This document shows positions 52,740-64,000 of a DNA stretch of 64,000 nucleotides, in pieces. Source of the stretch: Octopus bimaculoides. Lineage: Eukaryota. The notes under the pieces were generated by a model, which was given only the letters and a program-made list of their open reading frames with translations, searched no databases and was not told the origin of the DNA. A program made the position numbers and the translations under genes. Numbering within the stretch: position 1 is the first letter of the stretch; each line of letters starts with the position of its first letter. Location: assembly GCF_001194135.2 (NCBI RefSeq), contig NC_068983.1:11455035-11519034 (forward strand). The letters run 5' to 3'.

Positions 52740-52780
<41 letters not shown>

Positions 52781-53818
52781 GTTGTGGTCATCAACTTAAT
52801 TTTGAGCATAACCACCTCCTTATTGCAGCTGTTTTCCTATATCAGGTTCATCAGCTTTTTTGATGACCACCTAGCTCTGACTTTGAAATTTTTCTCATAA
52901 CGAATATAGCAAGGAATTTGGTCAAAGTCATTGAGAGTGGTTCTGCCCTTGTGCATTAAACTGAATTGGATTTTTCAACCCACTAGTAGAGATGAGCAAA
53001 TCTTTAAACACAGGAAAGCTCAGATGAGGCTGATGGGGCCGCATGCATATAAACATCTTGATTTTAGTCTCCTGATGTGATCTTTCATGTGTGGCAAGAC
53101 TGGTATTTGAAATATTAATATAATATTCATAATATACACACACATGTACATCATCATCGTAATCAATTAACGTCCAGTTTCTATGCTGGCATGGGCCAGG
53201 CAGCTTGACAGGAGCTGGTAAAACAGAGAACTGCACTAGGCTCCATTGCCTGTTTTGGCATGGTCTCTACAGCTGAATGCCCTTCCTAATGCCAATCACT
53301 TTACAGAGTGCTTTTTATGTGACTCTGTGGTTAAAAAGCTTGCTTTCAAACCATTTAGATTTGGGTTCAGTCCTATTGCACTGCACATTGAGCAAGTGTC
53401 TTCTACTATAGCCCTGGGCAGACCAATGCCTTGCAATCATAGCCCTGGGCTGACCAATGCCTTGCAAGTGAAAGGTAAAAGACAAAAAGATAAGATACAT
53501 AGGTAAGATTGAAACACTGTTCCATTATGCTCACTTCTCAGTTTCTCAGGTGTCTTCAGATTGCATTTCAAAGAAGAAATTGTTTCAAGAAATGGTAACG
53601 GATTTATTGCTGATGTTAAATGTCAACCAATCAGATTGAAACCCTGAGAAATGACAATATTGAAACGGTAACCAACCTTAAAATATATTACTCCATAGCA
53701 AGTATTCAATATTCCTTATTTTATTTCTGCCACACATTTTCAAATTAGTACATTGTGTATAAGCATGCACACATGCACAGATAAATGCATATTAAGGTAT
53801 ATGTATGCATGTGTTGTG

Positions 53819-53883
<65 letters not shown>

Positions 53884-53929
53884 GTACATATATATATTTG
53901 GTGTGTGTAAAAAAAAAACAGAATCCATG

Positions 53930-54910
53930 GAGACCAATGACTATCCGGTGGATTGCTGCAATGGCAAGAATTGTATTTACAGATATAAAAGTAAAATGAT
54001 TTAAACAGGGATTTCTTTGCCCTTGTTGAAATTGATGCTGCTGCAATGTCAATCATTGGGTATGACAACTTCCTGTACTGCTTGGTTGACCATGCAAATG
54101 AAATACCTGTAATTAACTGCGTCTCCAGACATTTTATGCATCTCAGCAGTAATTTCTGATGGGCCAAGTGCTTCCATATCTTTAATTGCTCTCTCATACT
54201 GCTAGCAACTTAAATGGCCAGTCCTCCATTCAGGTTTACTTTGAGAAGACCCTTTTTCTGACATGCATTCTCTTCATTTAACAGTATTTTTATAATAGCA
54301 CTTCTAGAAATCCTTGTTTTCAATGTCAGTAAAAGAAAGTGTTCCATTATTATTCTGTGCATACTTTTCCCTCTTCATATCGTGGTTCTTTCTAGTACAC
54401 TGTCTTCCAATTCAAAACACCTCACATCATAGAACATTGGCAAACTTCTTATTTTCTGCTTCTCTCTTAGCTAAGAACATCTCTTATATCTAGCTCTTGG
54501 TATAATTCTCTGCTGGTCCCTTTCTTCCAATTTTTCCAAGCCTGTCTCATTGCTTTTTTTGTTCTGTTTAACTCATTGTTCCACAACCATGTTACCATTG
54601 TTCTGGTTGAGACTTTACACCAATAGCAGATTTGGTCTAACCCTCAGAAGAATGTCTTATAGGAACTCTTAATTGTCTTTTACATTATGAATTTCCATCT
54701 ACCATTCTTCTTATCAAATGCTACAACTAGAATTTCTCCAAATTTCTGACTATTCAATGGATATTTAAGCTTCCATATCTTCATTCTCTAAACTGTTTTG
54801 TATCTCTCAGTCAGTTTGGGTATTATTCTGGAATTACCGATAACTCACCTATGATAGGTGGAACATTTTTCACCAAGGAAAGATTTAGCATTCATTACCA
54901 TCAAAATATT
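53930..54910 (-). mobile_element. Decayed RTE-like LINE (endonuclease-RT linker into RT start)
   Basis: Remnants 'TWLWNNE.NR.KKAMRQAWKNWK', 'ALGPSEITAEMHKMSG', 'VIPND*', 'NKGK'; frameshifted. Confidence 0.75.
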
Positions 54911-55100
54911 TTTCAACTTATGTAAAATTAGCTATAAGTTTTAACATCCTACCAAATCAGAATATTCTTTTTTCTTCAAGTTAGAAATAATATGATTATT
55001 GCTTCTACAAGCTTATAATTTAGCTCACTTATTTGCTTACACACATACACGCTCTCTCTCTCACTCATACACACACACACATGTATATATAGTTATATAC

Positions 55101-55168
<68 letters not shown>

Positions 55169-56481
55169 GATATGAATACCTACATACACATGTGCACACT
55201 CAAACACATATTCTCTAATACTTACATAACTATATTTTAGAACATTTCATTTCAAATTGCTAAATTAATTATACTGGGAAACTTAAAAGAAATTATATTA
55301 CAAATTATAATTATTTCCTTTATAGTCCAGAAAATTGTCTGAAATGCAGGACCCTTCAAGCTTTATTAAGAGTGAATGATTAGGTGAAGTGATAAAAAAT
55401 AAAGGAGAAAAACATTAAAGAAGTAAAACTTTTAAAACATGCAAAAGGAAAAGACGAAAATATTCCTGAGTGAAGATATTTGTGAATGTCAGATTAGAAA
55501 TCTAGACATTGCTTTGGTAACTGCTTATAGAAGTTTTGTTAATTCCTGTTACACAGGAAAACCTAAGAAGAATGAAGTTTATAACTGACAATTTTGGCAC
55601 TAGTTTATTCATCAATGAAGTAGATAAAATATTAAATTAGTCTTTTTTAATAATTATACTGATAGGAATAAATCTTAAAAAGGAATGTGATTTCATGATG
55701 AGTACTAACTGTTAGGAGTAAAATTTAATGGTCATTGACATTAAAAAATGTCTCAGTTTCTTAAAGATGCTATTTCTATCTCAGTTGAAGAAAGTTTACA
55801 ACTACAGTCTGAATAAGATATGTACAATTGTGTGCTAATTCTAGCACTTTGCTGAACAAACTATGTTCAACAAACAGTTATTCATTGGAGACAATAAAAT
55901 GTTTAAAGAGTTAAAATTCCTATTAAGCTCTTCTGTATTTTCATAGAAGGTTGTTAATGATAAAGGAATACTTTTTTGGTGTATATAAGCTAAAGTGAAG
56001 TTTTAAAGAGCCTTGAGTAAGATATTGCAATAACAGAATTGGATATGGAAAACTATCTAAGAGTTCCACTGAACATTTCAGCATTTGCAGTGAAGCAAAA
56101 ATATTTTCACATTATATTAATGTTCAGGCTTTAGCTACAAGTTTCACCAATATGATAATAATATTTTTATTTTTGATCCTTACAGTGGATAACATTAACT
56201 ATTTGCTTGTTAAATTTTAAGAAAACAGTAATAGAAAACTTATTAGACAGTTAATTTTCTTCTTATGTTCTTTCAAATAAAAAAGTTTATTCACTATTTT
56301 TTGTTGTTAAGAATAAATAGTATAAGTGTTATTAGAATCATGCAGATGCAATGCTAATGGTAACAATGTACCCATTGAGAAAGAATCATGCTGGCAATGC
56401 AAAAGCAAGCAGTGTGAGGGAACAGGGTTACTGGATTGGGACAATGGAGAATGGGAGGAATTTTGTGTCATCGTAACCTAC

Positions 56482-56708
56482 CTGCTAGCTGCACAGCACT
56501 ACTACTTCGTCGGGAAAGCCCAACAAATGCTGCTACCTTGTGACCGAGGCTTGGCCGTCGTTTCCTACCTTCTATGACACTGGAAGATACAGCAGAATCC
56601 GAAATGCTTCCATCATTCCGTTCAAAACTTGAACTTTCGGAACTTGGGCTTCGAATAATCTGCCTCTTTGGAATTGTTGTTCGACTTTCCATCTTAGATG
56701 TGAATTCG
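56482..56708 (-). CDS. RIMS: RIM exon, 227 nt, phase 2-1: EFTSKMESR...DGSISDSAVSSSVIEGRKRRPSLGHKVAAFVGLSRRSSSAVQLA
   Basis: Acceptor ttcctgcttttAG at 56710-56709; donor GCAG|GTAGGT at 56481. Matches RIM motifs 'FTSKMQ' and 'KKRRSSL.AK'. Confidence 0.95.
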
Positions 56709-57132
56709 CTAAAAGCAGGAATTAATTATACAAAGCATTAGACTAAGTGAATTGATATGAAAATGTTACTTAAATATAGAAATCATATCAAATGAAAAAA
56801 AAAATTTCAGTTAATTCCTAATTAGAAATGAATATAGAATTATTTTGATAAAATAGTAAAACGTACAATTAGATAAATATAATAAACAACAGTAAATATG
56901 AAAATTTAAAATAATTTCTGTAAATATAAATAAAATTAATGCAATTGTTTGATGGTCTCTGAGCTACACCATTAATTATAGCCAAGTTTAAAGGAAATGT
57001 ATTTTCACTCAATTTAATACCATATCCTCATAAAGTTTCATTTTCTTTAATTATTTTTAGAAACAATTATTATTAACTTACAAAAGTAAGCAACAAAAAA
57101 AAAAGAGAAAGGAAAGAAAAATAAAAAATAAA

Positions 57133-57299
57133 TAGGAGTGGCTGTGTGGTAAGTAGCTTGCTTACCAACCACATGGTTCTGGGTTCAGTCCCACTGCGTG
57201 GCACCTTGGGCAAGTGTCCACTACTATAGCCTTGGGCCGACCAAAGTCTTGTGAGTGGATTTGGTAGATGGAAACTGAAAGAAGCCATTCATATATATG

Positions 57300-57394
<95 letters not shown>

Positions 57395-57595
57395 ATATGT
57401 TTGTCCCCCCAACATCGCTTGACAACCGATTCTGGTGTGTTTACATCCCCGTAACTTAGCAGTTCGGCTTAAAGAGACCGATAGAATAAGTACTAGGCTT
57501 ACAAAGAATAAGTCCTGGGGTCGATTTGCTCGACTAAAGGCGGTGCTCCAGCATGGCCACAGTCAAATGACTGAGACAAGTAAAAGAGAAAAGAG
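57133..57595 (+). mobile_element. SINE family A, full length (RIM intron)
   Basis: Same head, internal (TA)n and tail. Confidence 0.9.
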
Positions 57596-57842
57596 AACTA
57601 AAATTCCTCTAATTAGGCTATTTTTGTTGTCCCAACAGTTCTACCAATTGTCTGCTCATTAAGAAGTCCGATTACTCCTTGTACCATGTAGCAGATTTTA
57701 GTAAGCTCCCTTAATTTGTAGTGCAAGTTTCATAAAGATTAATTATTAGAGCAAGTAGTTTTATAAATGAATGGCACAACATTTTAAAATTATTTTCTAT
57801 ACTTTAATTCTAATTATATACATGTATATATTATTCTTTTAT

Positions 57843-58112
57843 TGGTTTCAGTCATTTGACTGTGGTCATGCTGGAGTACTGCCTTTAGTCGAACAAATCG
57901 ACCCCAGGACTTATTCTTTGGAAGCCTAGTACTTATTCTAGCGATCTCTTTTACTGAATTGCTAAGTTACAGGAATATAAACACACGACGGGCTTCTTTC
58001 AGTTTCTGTCTACCAAATCCATTCACAAGGCTTTGGTCAGCCTGAGAAGACACTTGCCCAAGGTGCCACACAGTGGGACTGAACCCGGATCCATGTGGTT
58101 GGGAAGCAAGCT
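57843..58112 (-). mobile_element. SINE family A, internally deleted copy, inverted relative to the 57133 and 60322 copies
   Basis: Plus strand begins GTTTCAGTCATTTGACTG (tail, reverse complement) and ends GGGACTGAACCCGG...AAGCAAGCT (head, reverse complement). Confidence 0.85.
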
Positions 58113-58199
58113 CATATATATATAACAAAGTAAAGTTGGGGGTTACTGCATGAGTAAAAATATAAGGAAAATAATCTGAAAATGCAGGAGTTTTTTCCT

Positions 58200-58238
<39 letters not shown>

Positions 58239-58294
58239 ATAATAAAGTAAAGTTGTGGAATACCGTACAAGTGGAAATATATATGAAAGAAGGT

Positions 58295-59087
58295 NNNNNN
58301 NNNNNNNNNNNNNNNNNNNNNNNNNNNNNNNNNNNNNNNNNNNNNNNNNNNNNNNNNNNNNNNNNNNNNNNNNNNNNNNNNNNNNNNNNNNNNNNNNNNN
58401 NNNNNNNNNNNNNNNNNNNNNNNNNNNNNNNNNNNNNNNNNNNNNNNNNNNNNNNNNNNNNNNNNNNNNNNNNNNNNNNNNNNNNNNNNNNNNNNNNNNN
58501 NNNNNNNNNNNNNNNNNNNNNNNNNNNNNNNNNNNNNNNNNNNNNNNNNNNNNNNNNNNNNNNNNNNNNNNNNNNNNNNNNNNNNNNNNNNNNNNNNNNN
58601 NNNNNNNNNNNNNNNNNNNNNNNNNNNNNNNNNNNNNNNNNNNNNNNNNNNNNNNNNNNNNNNNNNNNNNNNNNNNNNNNNNNNNNNNNNNNNNNNNNNN
58701 NNNNNNNNNNNNNNNNNNNNNNNNNNNNNNNNNNNNNNNNNNNNNNNNNNNNNNNNNNNNNNNNNNNNNNNNNNNNNNNNNNNNNNNNNNNNNNNNNNNN
58801 NNNNNNNNNNNNNNNNNNNNNNNNNNNNNNNNNNNNNNNNNNNNNNNNNNNNNNNNNNNNNNNNNNNNNNNNNNNNNNNNNNNNNNNNNNNNNNNNNNNN
58901 NNNNNNNNNNNNNNNNNNNNNNNNNNNNNNNNNNNNNNNNNNNNNNNNNNNNNNNNNNNNNNNNNNNNNNNNNNNNNNNNNNNNNNNNNNNNNNNNNNNN
59001 NNNNNNNNNNNNNNNNNNNNNNNNNNNNNNNNNNNNNNNNNNNNNNNNNNNNNNNNNNNNNNNNNNNNNNNNNNNNNNNNNNNNNNN
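58295..59087. other. Largest assembly gap (about 790 N), inside a RIM intron. Other gaps at about 3139-3743, 8240-8415, 9568-9973, 10978-11046, 13836-14041, 16275-16627, 25169-25453, 26978-26992, 32064-32073, 35013-35109, 35639-35648 and 39671-39680
   Basis: Runs of N, mostly bordered by microsatellites or repeat copies. Confidence 0.99.
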
Positions 59088-59089
59088 TA

Positions 59090-59390
59090 ATGGACTTTCG
59101 AGCGATATCGTTGCCAGTGCCCCTGGACTGGCTCTTGTGCGGGTGGCACATAAAATACACCATTTTGAGCGTGGCCGTTGCCAGTACCGCCTGACTGGCC
59201 TTCGTGCTGGTGGCACGTAAAAGCACCCACTACACTCTCAGAGTGGTTGGCGTTAGGAAGGGCATCCAGCTGTAGAAACTCTGCCAAATCAGATTGGAGC
59301 CTGGTGTAGCCATCCGGTTTCACCAGTCCTCAGTCAAATCGTCCAACCCGTGCTAGCATGGAAAGCGGACATTAAATGATGATGATGATA
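59090..59390 (+). mobile_element. RTE-tailed element (RIM intron), beside the large N gap
   Basis: Internal subrepeats plus the conserved 3' end with (GAT)n. Confidence 0.85.
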
Positions 59391-59479
59391 CATACACATA
59401 CACATATTTAAACATTCAGTATGATGTTTGTAATTGTTCCAGCGAATGGTTGGAACAATAATAATGTAATGTTATTATT

Positions 59480-59790
59480 AAGCACTTACATTGCTTTTTA
59501 TCCCCTACCAGAGTTGACAGTGTTACTAAATGGCCTTTGTTACTCCAAACTTACTCAATGAATATTGCTTCTGACTTCCCGCCATGCTCACTTTGTATTA
59601 TTCCTCCTGATCAACTCTATAATACTAAACCCACTTCCCACTCCTCTTCCTCAGAAATCCCTTAGAGTCAATGTTTCTCTACTCCCCAGCCACTAGTCAC
59701 CAAAAATTCAAAGTTAACAGTATTCATGTTAACATCATCCAGATGTATTTATGCTCCAGCTATGAATGTTTTCACCACTTCAGGAACGTT
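59480..59790 (-). mobile_element. Possible decayed LINE endonuclease fragment
   Basis: Purine-rich on the minus strand with weak similarity to the APE 'GVGGVG.LL' region. Confidence 0.3.
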
Positions 59791-59962
59791 ATTAAAAAAC
59801 AAAATGCAACTGTAATTATTAATTCCACCTAACATAACTGAAAGATTCAATTGAGAGAATTGAAGGCATTTCAGTCAAGTAAACTGATGTACATAGTAAT
59901 GCTTGCATTAGAATTTGAAGTGCTATTTCATTGGTCAAGAGTTCATTATTTTAAACACTTAC

Positions 59963-60095
59963 CTAAATTTCCTATGAGGTCGTTCAGATTGTGTTGATCG
60001 CATACTGATGGTGCTGACTTTTGACACCTCCGACATATCACTAGTTTCTGAAGCATCACTGGGTAGATTGTCATCGGACACATCAGGACTGAATT
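59963..60095 (-). CDS. RIMS: RIM exon, 133 nt, phase 1-2: (E)FSPDVSDDNLPSDASETSDMSEVSKVSTISMRSTQSERPHRKF(S)
   Basis: Acceptor ctttctattttacgcAG; donor TTAG|GTAAGT at 59962. Resembles the vertebrate RIM 'SDSDVSDVS...QSERP' segment and supplies the phase change needed between its neighbours. Confidence 0.92.
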
Positions 60096-60321
60096 CTGCG
60101 TAAAATAGAAAGATACAAAAATACGAAGTAGAATCTTGCTTTTCAAAATGACATGATAGGTAACAAAGGCTACCACATTAGCAAACAACATCACTGCTTA
60201 TGGTTATGCTGTATTACAAATGCACTTTTCTAATGACACAATTAACTTTATAAACAACACATAAAGAGGTAAGATGCAGGAGAGAACAATAACTTCAGGA
60301 AAAAATTTCAGAAAAAAAAAA

Positions 60322-60720
60322 GGCGCAGGAGTGGCTGTGTGGTAAGTAGCTTGCTTACCAACCACATGGTTCTGGGTTCAGTCCCACTGCGTGGCACCTT
60401 GGGCAAGTATCTTCTACTATAGCCTCGGGCCGACCAAAGCCTTGTGAGTGGATTTGGTAGACGGAAACTGAAAGAAGCCCATTGTATATATGTATATGTA
60501 TATATATATATGTGAGTTTGTGTGTCTGTGTTTGTCCCCCCCAACATTCTTGACAACAGATGCTGGTGTGTTTATGTCCCCTGTAACGTAGCGGTTCGGC
60601 AAAAGAGACCGATAGAATAAGTACTAGGCTTACAAAGAATAAGTCCTGGGGTCGATTTGCTCGACTAAAGGCGGTGCTTCAGCATGGTCGCAGTCAAATG
60701 ATTGAAACAAGTAAAAGAGT
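60322..60720 (+). mobile_element. SINE family A, full length (RIM intron)
   Basis: AGGCGCAGGAGTGGCTGTGTGG ... ACAAGTAAAAGAG. Confidence 0.9.
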
Positions 60721-61993
60721 AGATAAAATAGATTAGATCCAAGAAGATTAAGTTTAATGGATGAACTACTGTGGTTTTATAACCAACATATCTTCCATGA
60801 TGAAGGTCCTAAGTGGAATGTTTGTCCTTATTCGATCTCATAGCTAGAGAACATACACCTGTTTAGCGTCTGTTTTGAAACCTAACAGTTTTTTCACACC
60901 TAAACATAATAATTTGACTATGTAGGTATATCTAACAGAGACGGTTATGCAAACATAACTATATATATATATTTTCTTCCTGCACATGCTGCTTTTATTT
61001 GTAAAATGATAACCAACATCATTACCTACATCTCAGCTGGATAATATTTTTTAAATTTATTTTGTTAAGTTCTAAAAGGCTTACCATTTAGAATCAGCAA
61101 TAAAACCCCCTTAATTGTTTATATTTAGCCTCAGGTCAATGCTGATCAAATAAACCTATGATGAAAAGCATTCCAACCATGACAATCCTGTCTGTTTTAA
61201 TATTGGAGCTTACATTATTCAATATATTCTCCCTTTTCAAGACAGCGGTGTGTTATGTGAGGCAGATTTGGCTGCTATTTCCTGCAGGTCAAGTGATCAT
61301 ATCGAGATTTCCTTGTGCACTGGTCTTGGTATCCTAATCTGTAATGGTTGAAATTTCCCTATTTTTTGCCAACAGTTATTCAAAAACAAAATCTAATTCT
61401 CAGATGATTTATTAAAAGTACTTTTACCATTCACTTTAGCTTTATTATTATTAGCTAGTTCTAAAATCCCTTACAATATACTGGACACAAGTTGTATGTT
61501 GTTAACCAGCTGGAAAAGACGTTTTCCTGGGGTTAAAATGTAGTAACATAGTTCTTTATGGAACAGCCATGTTATAGTGGCAAAAAACCGTTACCGTTTA
61601 TAATTATTATTATTAGTTTATTTGTAATTGTTCTTTTGTCACACATTCTGCGACCTCTCCAGTAACTCTCTGTCCCATGTAACTCTTCTTGTCCTACCTG
61701 AAAAGGTCACAGAATGTGTGATGAAAGATCTCTGACAAATAATCTAATAATAGTTTCAAATTTTGGCACAAAGCCACTAATTTTAGGGGACAGTAAGTGT
61801 TTCATTGATATTTGTTTTATCAACTCCACAAGGATGAAAGGTAAAGTTGACCTTGGTGGAATTTGAACTCGGAACGTGAAGAGGAATGAAATACTGCCAA
61901 GCATTTTGTCTGGCATGCTAATGATTCTGCCAAATAAAGCTAAAGTGAAGATCAAGTAACTATAGTACTATATTTAAGAGATGAGAAATTACG

Positions 61994-62086
61994 TACATTA
62001 TTTACATTTGACGGGTATATCAGTCGAAATGTTGTGTTAGCAACAAACAAGATGAAGACAAATATCTGTCAAATGTCAATAATGTA
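61994..62086. repeat. 25-bp imperfect inverted repeat with a 43-nt loop
   Basis: TACATTATTTACATTTGACGGGTAT versus ATATCTGTCAAATGTCAATAATGTA. Confidence 0.8.
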
Positions 62087-62153
62087 TCAAATAAATAGTT
62101 TGACCCTTCTTATTTAGAAAGCTGTTTTAAATATAAAAACAATCAGGTCTCAC

Positions 62154-62390
62154 CTTTTCTTCTCCTAGATCTGTGTCCTCTTTCTAAATCTCGGCCACGG
62201 CTATGATAACCATGAATGTCGTAACGATCATGTCTGTAATCTCCATCCCGCAACCGACTACGATGATGGTGATGTGCAATTTCACTATCTGAAGATGGAG
62301 CACCGTGATTGGCAGTTCCATGCCTATGTTGAGCATTTATTTTCATTTTTAGTTTCATTTGTCTAGCACGTTCCTCTAAATCTTGTGTTA
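62154..62390 (-). CDS. RIMS: RIM exon, 237 nt, phase 1-1: (V)TQDLEERARQMKLKMKINAQHRHG...RGHRSRRRK
   Basis: Acceptor ctttcatttctttttAG at 62392-62391; donor AAAG|GTGAGA at 62153; in frame with both neighbours. Confidence 0.85.
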
Positions 62391-63059
62391 CTAAAAAGAA
62401 ATGAAAGAAATATAAGAAACATACTAGATTCTGATTTATATCATAAGAAACAAGAAATATTTTGAATTTAAAAACTTCAAAAATCTAAAAAAAACAAATT
62501 TTAATTTCTTTAAAAACTTTTGCTACAATATTGCTATTTTTTGGAGGGTTTTCATTGTTATACAAATGATGGAATGACAAAATTTTAGGTAACATGAAAT
62601 TATTTTTACACTGATAAGTAAAAACCAAAAGAGGTTTTACATATCTATAGATGGTAGATCAAATCATGAAAAAGTAGGGGAAGGAGAGAGAGAGAGGGGG
62701 GGTAAGTATATGAGAAAAGGTCAGTTTGAAGAGAATACAAATTTAATTTGTGCAAGGAAAAATGATATTGAAGAGACAATGTGGAATACAAAGCTGAAGC
62801 TTGAGACATTTAGATTATAAATTATGTAATTTAGAGAGTTTATTGATGCTTTGATCATATAATGTGACAGGAAGTATTTGATCCAAGAGATAAAGGAATC
62901 ACTTTACTAAAAGGTTCTTGTACAAGACATGGTTGAAATCTACACTATCATCAAGGGCAACAATATTGCATTGTCACACTTCTCAAGAAGGAAAGTTACA
63001 GGTGTGTAATGTCAAATAGTAGTCTTCTGGCAGATGCACCTCTACAAAAGCTATATTAG

Positions 63060-63850
63060 TGATCAATAAAGAGGAAAGGCATTGGTTGTTTATGACTATT
63101 TCGATTGATTGTCATGTGACAACTTGCTGGGGCAGCCTGCTGGAGCCTAGCAGCGGGTATTTAAAGGGAAACTTGACAAGACAGTCAGTCAGCCGCTGAC
63201 ACTCGTTGACGCTGCATCAAAGAAGCCAGGGAACAGAAGAAAGAAGACATGCACTCAACACCAGAGCTGAAGACACCTCTGAAAGGGGGCCCTGCCACGT
63301 CAAAACGCTAGAGGAGTAGGGGCCGAAACCGGATGTGGTTCCTCCTGATGATGTCTTGAGCTAACTGGATCCTATAAAGGAGCTGTTGTGGTAGCAGACC
63401 ATGAAACATGGTTGAAATACCTTTGAGAGGCTGTTATGTGTTTCTAAAAGTTGAGATAGGTATCTGTAGAAAGAGAAAGTTTTGAGGTGCTTTATGAAAA
63501 TAGGGGCCAGCTAAGAAATGCACTATATGAGGGTGATAGCAAGCACATGGTAAGGTTTAGTTATTTTGTTGGGCTGAACAATTGCAAAACGACTACTTGA
63601 CAACCTGTATACATTATATTGAGAGTGGTGGGGGTTGGAAAAATATGCTTGAGAGAGGTTTTATTATGTTGAATTGAAAGCAAATTGTGTAGCAAATGTG
63701 ATGGATTTATCTGCAAGCATACTGAATAATCCTCTAAACCAACTCAAATACAAGGTTAGAAAGCATGCAGTTAGTTGTATGATGCTCAGCCAAAGAGCTT
63801 GCAAGTGAACAATGACATACACTATGATTGAGACAGAATAGGAAAAAATG
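63060..63850. mobile_element. Probable decayed Penelope-like element
   Basis: GC-richer block with CTGAAGA...CCGAAAC and CCTGATGA terminal-type motifs; no intact ORF. Confidence 0.35.
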
Positions 63851-63905
63851 CTTTAGAAACTATAAATGTTGTATATTGAAAATATAACTTGTGTTATGTA
63901 CTCAC

Positions 63906-64000
63906 CTCGATCTCTACTGGCAATCTGTGCTTCAATTGGTATTGAAGGTAACTGTCGTTTCTTTGGAGAAGGTGTACTTGAAGGTGTGCCTCCAGCAGAC
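63906..64000 (-). CDS. RIMS: RIM exon (cut by window edge): SAGGTPSSTPSPKKRQLPSIPIEAQIASRDR, containing the RQLPxxP RIM-BP-binding-type motif
   Basis: Open frame; donor CGAG|GTGAGT at 63905 (phase 1). G+TA of the next exon gives Val in frame. Absent from the ORF track because it is short and has no ATG. Confidence 0.9.

Larger units (their letters stand above)
38846..64000 (-). other. RIMS: RIM / unc-10 / RIMS presynaptic active-zone scaffold gene, 3' part (5' exons lie beyond 64000)
   Basis: Eight exons joined by hand through GT-AG introns. Phases are compatible (1,1,2,1,2,1,0) and give one open frame ending in a recognisable RIM C2B domain and TGA at 38846-38848. Confidence 0.97.

Noticed and set aside
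54843-54850. Consensus donor ATAG|GTGAGT in the large RIM intron
   Set aside because: It lies inside the decayed LINE fragment and has no matching acceptor or ATG frame.
58295-59087. Possible RIM exon hidden in the gap of about 790 N
   Set aside because: The flanking exons already join in phase (AG|C = Ser), so none is required. A symmetric cassette exon cannot be excluded.
2955-59323. Long ORFs in the track made of YI/HT/CV dipeptides, poly-D/S/H/M, or runs of X (e.g. 2955-3848, 7144-7626, 57967-59226)
   Set aside because: These are translations of microsatellites and N gaps, with no splice-site or homology support.

Overview
AT-rich animal genomic DNA with 13 N-gaps, abundant (TA)n/(CA)n/(CAT)n microsatellites and many tRNA-derived and RTE-tailed SINEs. 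The repeat content suggests a coleoid cephalopod, most likely Octopus (inference). The main gene is the 3' half of RIM (Rab3-interacting molecule, unc-10/RIMS) on the minus strand. Eight GT-AG coding exons (64000-63906, 62390-62154, 60095-59963, 56708-56482, 42678-42537, 42098-41902, 41010-40871, 39082-38846) join in one open frame. They encode the RQLP proline motif, the serine-rich linker and the complete C2B domain. The best candidate for something new lies in the 13.8-kb intron upstream of the 'KKKGSVIRSEE' exon: a small ATG-bearing exon (MKFIPSCMTCSE, donor AAG|GTCAGT at 44517). It splices in frame to give a 250-aa C2B-only protein, at the same junction where the vertebrate RIM2-gamma first exon enters. 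The same intron holds a strongly flanked 347-nt cryptic exon and an atypical tRNA-like cloverleaf. Other observations are a probable 3'-UTR intron, a long SINE-free U-rich tract (possible extended 3' UTR), inverted SINEs around one exon, and three orphan minus-strand exons at 311-13310. The rest is decayed LINEs (RTE-like, RLE-type, possibly Penelope), MITEs and satellites. Most entries in the supplied ORF track are microsatellite or N-gap artefacts.
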